Program-made: the position numbers and the translations under genes
Origin: an uncultured Chlorobiaceae bacterium
GTDB taxonomy: Bacteria; Bacteroidota; Ignavibacteria; UBA10030; SZUA-254
NCBI GenBank assembly: GCA_964354225.1
Contig: CAYGZC010000028.1
Span: 4,536 to 68,535, forward strand
Direction of reading: 5' to 3'
Length of the DNA: 64,000 nt
Shown: positions 59,391-64,000 of the stretch, one piece after another
Layout of the letters: every line of letters begins with the position of its first letter
Position numbering within the stretch: the stretch's first letter is position 1
Notes under the pieces: generated by a model
What the model was told of the DNA's origin: nothing
The model's input: the letters and a program-made list of their open reading frames with translations, nothing else
Databases searched by the model: none

Positions 59391-60770
59391 TTACCCGCGT
59401 GCGGCTTTCAGCTTTGCATCGATCTCGCTAACCATTTGTTGATGTTTGATCCACCATTCCTGGCTGAGCTGTGCGTCGAGTTCTTCAACTGTCTTTCCTT
59501 GCTGCTCGACCCATGTATAATATTTCAAGTTGTGCCACTGGCGGCGCATATCGGTGGTACCTTCGTGAATCCAATCGGTTGTCTTGTCGTGGAAAATTTG
59601 CGCACGCGCGGTCGCTTCGGCTTCATCCATCTTGTCGAACATCTTGGTCATATCGCCCATCACCGAATGATAGCGATCGATCGCGTCGGTACAAATCGTG
59701 ACGATGATGTCGTTCTTACCGAATCCGTAAAACTTGGCAGTCTTGATCGCGCCAAGGACGTTGCACACACCGCTGATGCCGAAAATCTTTGCCATTGTTT
59801 CAACCGATGTGCGCGGCACACCGAATCGCTTGACGAGTGTATTCCATCCGGCTTCTTCGGTGAGCAGCTGTAATCCTTTTTTACATTCGATGTCGTCGAG
59901 ACACATGATCGCGTCCATATTCATCACGTTATGAATCCACGTCACGTGCTTGTCGCCGATGCCTTGAATGTCGTGCGAGCCGTAGCCATTGTTGTACAAC
60001 GTCGGGCATTGAATCGGTTCCAGTCCGACGATTTTGTGATCGTGCCACATCTGTTTCAAGCGATCACCTGCCGCGATCGTGCCCGAGCTCCCCATTGCAG
60101 AACAGTAGGCGGAAATTTTGCCTGTGCCGATGCCTTGCGCTTTCAGCACGTCTGCGAGTTCGACTATCGTATTGCCGGTGACGTGATAGTGGAAACGATA
60201 ATTGCCCATCACCTCGAATTGATTAAGGATGCGAATGTTGGGATCCTGGATTAAGCGATGCGTCTCGTCGTAGATTTCTTTTACGTTGCTTTCTGAGCCG
60301 AAGGTCTTGATGATGCGCGCACCGTAGGATTCGATTTGCACAAAGCGTTCTTTGCTCATGCCTTCGGGTAACACAACGATCGATTTTGTGCCGACACGTC
60401 CGCCAACCCATGCGCCACCGATGCCATAGTTGCCTGTCGAGGGCCAGACAACGGTATGCTTGGCTGGGTCAACTTCGCCGAACAGAATCTTTTCGAGCAA
60501 GACCGAATACGCCGCACCGACCTTGTGTGCACCGGTTGGAAAGTCTTTGCCGTAGAGGACAACGATGTTCGCGTCCACGCCGGTCAATTCTTTCGGCATC
60601 ACGAAATAGTACAACTGATCGTTGCTATCGCGCCAAGTGATATTAAACAGATTAATCGGATCAAGCGGGTCTTTTGCCTTCGCCTCAATCGCGCGCTTGC
60701 GAATCTCCGGAGCGATTTTGTTTGGGTGCAGCATTTCTTCGAATGTGGGACCGAGAATTAGTTTGGACAT
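59391..60770 (-). CDS. PLP-dependent enzyme of the tryptophan-synthase-beta/cysteine-synthase fold (specific function unknown)
   Basis: 459 aa with a candidate PLP lysine in PTGAHKVGAA and STGNYGIGGAW. Confidence 0.65.
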   Translation of the reverse strand: MSKLILGPTFEEMLHPNKIAPEIRKRAIEAKAKDPLDPINLFNITWRDSNDQLYYFVMPKELTGVDANIVVLYGKDFPTGAHKVGAAYSVLLEKILFGEVDPAKHTVVWPSTGNYGIGGAWVGGRVGTKSIVVLPEGMSKERFVQIESYGARIIKTFGSESNVKEIYDETHRLIQDPNIRILNQFEVMGNYRFHYHVTGNTIVELADVLKAQGIGTGKISAYCSAMGSSGTIAAGDRLKQMWHDHKIVGLEPIQCPTLYNNGYGSHDIQGIGDKHVTWIHNVMNMDAIMCLDDIECKKGLQLLTEEAGWNTLVKRFGVPRTSVETMAKIFGISGVCNVLGAIKTAKFYGFGKNDIIVTICTDAIDRYHSVMGDMTKMFDKMDEAEATARAQIFHDKTTDWIHEGTTDMRRQWHNLKYYTWVEQQGKTVEELDAQLSQEWWIKHQQMVSEIDAKLKAARG

Positions 60771-60785
60771 TTCGTTTTCCTTTTT

Positions 60786-62018
60786 TTATTTGAATTTCAA
60801 TTGTTTGACTGCATCCAGCGTCGGCTCGATAACCGTGCCTGCGCCTGCCACTTTCATTGCGCTCGAGATATCTTTTAAGCCGTTGCCTGTTAACATGCAC
60901 ACAACCGTTTCATCTGATTTAACGAGACCTTGCTTGACTGCCTTCTTCAATCCTGCGTATGTGGCCGATGCGGCAGGTTCTGAGAAAATTGCTTCGCCAC
61001 GTGCGAGTTCCGGAATTGCCGCGAGAATTTCATCGTCGGTCACGGTAAGGTACGCCCCACTGGTTTCACGTACAGCTCGCACAGCACGCACACCATCGCG
61101 CGGCAAATCCGCACTGATAGAATCGGCAACAGTCTGCGCGTTAACGGCAGTGATTTTTTCTGTCTCAGCTTTCCACGCATTGTAACACGCCGCCGAGCCC
61201 TCAGCTTGAATACCTATCAATCTCGGTATTCTGTCAATCCAACCAAGCGCGAGCAAATCGCGCAAGCCCTTCCACAGACCACTGATGATGTTGCCATCGC
61301 CGACAGATACGAAAATGGTATCAGGTGCCTTCCAACCAAGTTGCTCACACAACTCTATGGACGCGGTTTTCTTTCCTTCAACCGTATATGGATTGAATGC
61401 AGTATTGCGGCAATACCAGCCAAACTCTTTAGATGCTTCTAAGCAGAGGTCGAACGCCTGGTCGTACGTCCCTTTGACAAGGATGACGCGCGCTCCGAAA
61501 ATCAGCAGCTGTGCAATTTTCGCTTGTGGTGCAGTTTGTGGTACAAATATCACTGCAGGCATTTTCGTAGCAGCCGCAAGACCTGCGAGTGCTGCACCAG
61601 CATTTCCTGTGCTCGCAGTAGTGATTACTTCGACACCGAGCTCACGCGCTTTTGCAACAACGACAGCACTCGCACGATCTTTAAACGACGCAGTCGGATT
61701 GCGACCATCGTCTTTGAAATACAAATTACTCAAGCCCAGTTGTGGACCGAGTGTCGTTGAACTATAAAGTGGTGTCCATCCTACATGAAGTGGAGGGGCA
61801 GATTTCAGTGCATCATTAATCGGCAAGAGTGGCGCGTACCGCCAGATAGAAAAATCTCGAGAATCAGAAATCGCGCGCGGTGAAGTCGTTGCGTTGATTT
61901 GCTTGTAATCGAAAACCGTATCGAGGATGCCATCATCGTCGTGTTTGGGACAAACGTAGCGCGTGGTCTTCGGATCGTATTCTGAACCACAAAGGGTACA
62001 TTTGAAATGATAGGTCAT
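60786..62018 (-). CDS. Threonine-synthase-like PLP enzyme with an N-terminal zinc ribbon
   Basis: CTLCGSEYDPKTTRYVCPK N-terminus, PLP-lysine motif NPTASFKDRAS, and STGNAGAALA. Confidence 0.75.
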   Translation of the reverse strand: MTYHFKCTLCGSEYDPKTTRYVCPKHDDDGILDTVFDYKQINATTSPRAISDSRDFSIWRYAPLLPINDALKSAPPLHVGWTPLYSSTTLGPQLGLSNLYFKDDGRNPTASFKDRASAVVVAKARELGVEVITTASTGNAGAALAGLAAATKMPAVIFVPQTAPQAKIAQLLIFGARVILVKGTYDQAFDLCLEASKEFGWYCRNTAFNPYTVEGKKTASIELCEQLGWKAPDTIFVSVGDGNIISGLWKGLRDLLALGWIDRIPRLIGIQAEGSAACYNAWKAETEKITAVNAQTVADSISADLPRDGVRAVRAVRETSGAYLTVTDDEILAAIPELARGEAIFSEPAASATYAGLKKAVKQGLVKSDETVVCMLTGNGLKDISSAMKVAGAGTVIEPTLDAVKQLKFK

Positions 62019-62021
62019 TAC

Positions 62022-63035
62022 TTACTTCCGTAAGATGTGCGTCCCGGTTTCACCGCGCAATGCGCGACCGATGTTTTCGGGATTCGTGATGATTGCGTGC
62101 TTCCCACCGTTTTCGAGGAACCAAATGATCGCCTGAATCTTGGGGGCCATCGAGCCTTTGGAAAAATGTGTGCCTTCAGCGAGATAGTGTTTTGCCTCAG
62201 CCAGCGTCATCTTGCCGAGCCATTGCTGATTCGGTTTGCCGAAATTAATAGCCACTTTTTCGACTGCTGTCGCAATCAAGAACAAATCAGCTTTGACTTC
62301 GCGGGCAAGCAGACTGCTTGCGAAATCTTTATCGATCACTGCCGCCGTACCGCGATACTCGCCATCGCCAACATCAATGACCGGGATGCCGCCGCCGCCA
62401 ACCGTGATAACGATGATGCCCTGATCCAGTACCGCCTTGACGGTCGCGAGTTCGACAATCTCTTCGGGGAATGGTGAAGGAACCACCCGCCGCCAACCAC
62501 GTCCCGCATCTTCGACGACGCTCCAACCCATTTTGGTCTTACGCCTCATCGCTTCGGCTTTATCCATGAATCCGCCGATGGGTTTGGATGGGTTTTTAAA
62601 CGCGGTGTCATTTTGATTTACCAACACTTGGGTGATGATCGTCGCACAGCGTTTCTTGATGCCCCGATGATATAATTCGTTCTGCAATGCTTGTTGAAAT
62701 TCGTAGCCGATTGCACCTTGCGTGTCCGCACCGCACACATCAAGCGGAACTTCGTGCATCCCCTCGACTTTAGCGGCGATCTCGGATCGACGCAAAATGA
62801 AACCGACTTGCGGTCCGTTACCGTGACCGATTGCGACATCCCAGCCCTGTTCGATCATATCGGCGATGTGTTTTGCGGTTTCGCGTAACGCGTCTTCTTG
62901 ATCTTCGACCGTTTGATGCTGTGAATCCCTGATGAGTGAATTGCCGCCGATCGCGATCACCGCAAGCTTGCGCTTGACAGTTTTCTTCGCAGTGGACTTG
63001 AGTGCCTTCTTCACAATTTTCTTTTTTGTTGCCAT
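62022..63035 (-). CDS. arcC: Carbamate kinase with a Lys-rich N-terminal extension
   Basis: Core AVIAIGGNSL...GHGNGPQVG...ITVGGGGIPV. I chose the ATG at 63035, because the track start at 63092 lies in tandem-repeat DNA. The N-terminal peptide is MATKKKIVKKALKSTAKKTVKRK. Confidence 0.85.
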   Translation of the reverse strand: MATKKKIVKKALKSTAKKTVKRKLAVIAIGGNSLIRDSQHQTVEDQEDALRETAKHIADMIEQGWDVAIGHGNGPQVGFILRRSEIAAKVEGMHEVPLDVCGADTQGAIGYEFQQALQNELYHRGIKKRCATIITQVLVNQNDTAFKNPSKPIGGFMDKAEAMRRKTKMGWSVVEDAGRGWRRVVPSPFPEEIVELATVKAVLDQGIIVITVGGGGIPVIDVGDGEYRGTAAVIDKDFASSLLAREVKADLFLIATAVEKVAINFGKPNQQWLGKMTLAEAKHYLAEGTHFSKGSMAPKIQAIIWFLENGGKHAIITNPENIGRALRGETGTHILRK

Positions 63036-63096
63036 AGTTAGTCTCATAGTTTGACAGTTGGATAGTTTGGTAGTTGGATAGTCACTACACAACTAC

Positions 63097-64000
63097 TTAA
63101 CTCATCGTCAGTGCCATTACCGCTTTTTGCACGTGCATACGGTTTTCGGCTTGGTCGTATACAACCGAGTTGGGTCCATCCATCACGCCGTCAGTGACTT
63201 CGATGTTGCGGTCGGCGGGAAGCGGATGCATGTAGATCGCATCGGATTTTGCCAGCTTCAATCGCCGCTCGTCCATAATCCACGAGGAGTATTTATTGAT
63301 AATTTTCACGCCTTCCTTTTCGTCCTGAGTGTGGACCATAGCACCCCAGGATTTGGCGTAAATAACATCGGCACCCTTGATCGCAGTATCCATATCGTCT
63401 GCCACTTCAAAACCTGCACCAAATTTCTTCGCTTGCTCACGTGCCTGATCCATAATTTCCGGCATCAATTTGAATTCTGGCGGATGCGCAAGAACGATAT
63501 CCAATCCAAATCGCGGCATTTGCAGGATGAGCGATTGCGGAACCGACATCGGTTTTTGATACGATGAAGCATATGCCCATGATACGACCATTTTTTTGCG
63601 TCGCAAATCGTGTCCCTTTTTCTCGACAATTGTCATCAAGTCAGCAAGAATCTGGAATGGGTGATAAATATCGCATTGCATATTAAGCACGGGCACGCGC
63701 GAATATTTCGCAACTTCGTTTAGGTATTTGTTGCCAAGTTTCCAGTCCACATGACGAATCGCAATGCCGTCGAAATAGCGTCCGAAAATTTCGCCGATTT
63801 CCTTCGGCGTATCGCCGTGCGCAATCTGCGTCGAGCGCGATTCGATGAACGCTCCGTGTCCACCGAGTTGAGCCATCCCGGCTTCGAATGAGCCGCGTGT
63901 CCGAGTGCTGGAGAAAAAGAACATCATGGCGAGGACTTTATCGCGCAAAACTGCATGTGATTCATTCAACGCGCGTTTGCGCTTTAAATCGAACGCGACG
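63097..64000 (-). CDS. Carbamoyltransferase of the OTC/ATC superfamily, possibly YgeW-like (partial; 5' end beyond the window)
   Basis: STRTR motif (FSSTRTRGSFE), HPLP motif (MHPLPADRN) and SWAYASSYQKPMSVPQS. The reading frame stays open upstream of the TTG at 63969 to the window edge (...VAFDLKRKRAL...). Confidence 0.85.
   Translation of the reverse strand, partial: VAFDLKRKRALNESHAVLRDKVLAMMFFFSSTRTRGSFEAGMAQLGGHGAFIESRSTQIAHGDTPKEIGEIFGRYFDGIAIRHVDWKLGNKYLNEVAKYSRVPVLNMQCDIYHPFQILADLMTIVEKKGHDLRRKKMVVSWAYASSYQKPMSVPQSLILQMPRFGLDIVLAHPPEFKLMPEIMDQAREQAKKFGAGFEVADDMDTAIKGADVIYAKSWGAMVHTQDEKEGVKIINKYSSWIMDERRLKLAKSDAIYMHPLPADRNIEVTDGVMDGPNSVVYDQAENRMHVQKAVMALTMS

Noticed and set aside
58995-59873. 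292-aa plus-strand ORF, and other long plus-strand ORFs in 59.1-63.6 kb (e.g. 60622-61185, 61285-61767, 62037-62477, 63127-63567)
   Set aside because: All are antisense to minus-strand genes with clear enzyme motifs. This part of the window appears higher in GC, which favours long open shadow frames. They have no motifs.

Overview
This 64-kb window is a low-GC chromosomal segment. Three proteins carry T9SS C-terminal sorting domains, which points to an FCB-group bacterium, possibly Ignavibacteriota or Bacteroidota-like; that assignment is inference only. No rRNA genes, CRISPR arrays, transposases or integrases are visible.

Gene content from left to right:
- End of a Rieske subunit, cytochrome b, a membrane-anchored 11-heme cytochrome c and a stand-alone CcmF-type heme lyase.
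- A Type I restriction-modification operon (hsdR-hsdM-hsdS) with a fourth, translationally coupled unknown gene.
- A molybdenum-cofactor riboswitch-like leader followed by moaA, a moaC/mog fusion, moeA, a MOSC-domain gene and mobA.
- A sensor histidine kinase with a CxxCH motif in its periplasmic domain, an NtrC-type sigma54 activator and a single-domain response regulator.
- Two paralogous multiheme cytochromes c with T9SS sorting tails, a PAP2 phosphatase, and a 1451-aa Asp-box (BNR) repeat protein that also has a T9SS tail.
- A MocA-like nucleotidyltransferase, an FGGY sugar kinase, a beta-barrel outer-membrane protein and a SAM methyltransferase.
- An ECF sigma / anti-sigma / lipoprotein module on the minus strand.
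- Two unknown ORFs, each followed by a copy of a ~120-nt structured repeat.
- An RRM RNA-binding protein, then a GIY-YIG gene next to tRNA-Asn, flanked by tRNA-derived pseudo-copies.
- clpC, a HExxH protein, a GH38 alpha-mannosidase and a TPR membrane protein.
- A sugar ABC operon with two binding proteins and two permeases, and a CBM9/DUF5916-like protein.
- A cluster of XdhC, Fcy1-type cytosine deaminase, two PLP enzymes, carbamate kinase and a carbamoyltransferase that runs off the window end.

The best-supported candidate for an unusual system is the regulon at about 16.3-24.7 kb. It combines a putative heme-c sensor kinase and an NtrC-type activator with three near-consensus sigma54 promoters and a shared palindromic upstream motif. 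These sit in front of two cytochromes (eight CxxCH motifs plus one atypical motif each) that are apparently exported by the type IX secretion system.

Secondary leads are the two-ORF array with structured repeats (36.5-38.2 kb), the GIY-YIG/tRNA-Asn rearrangement (39.0-39.6 kb), and the unknown gene coupled to hsdS.
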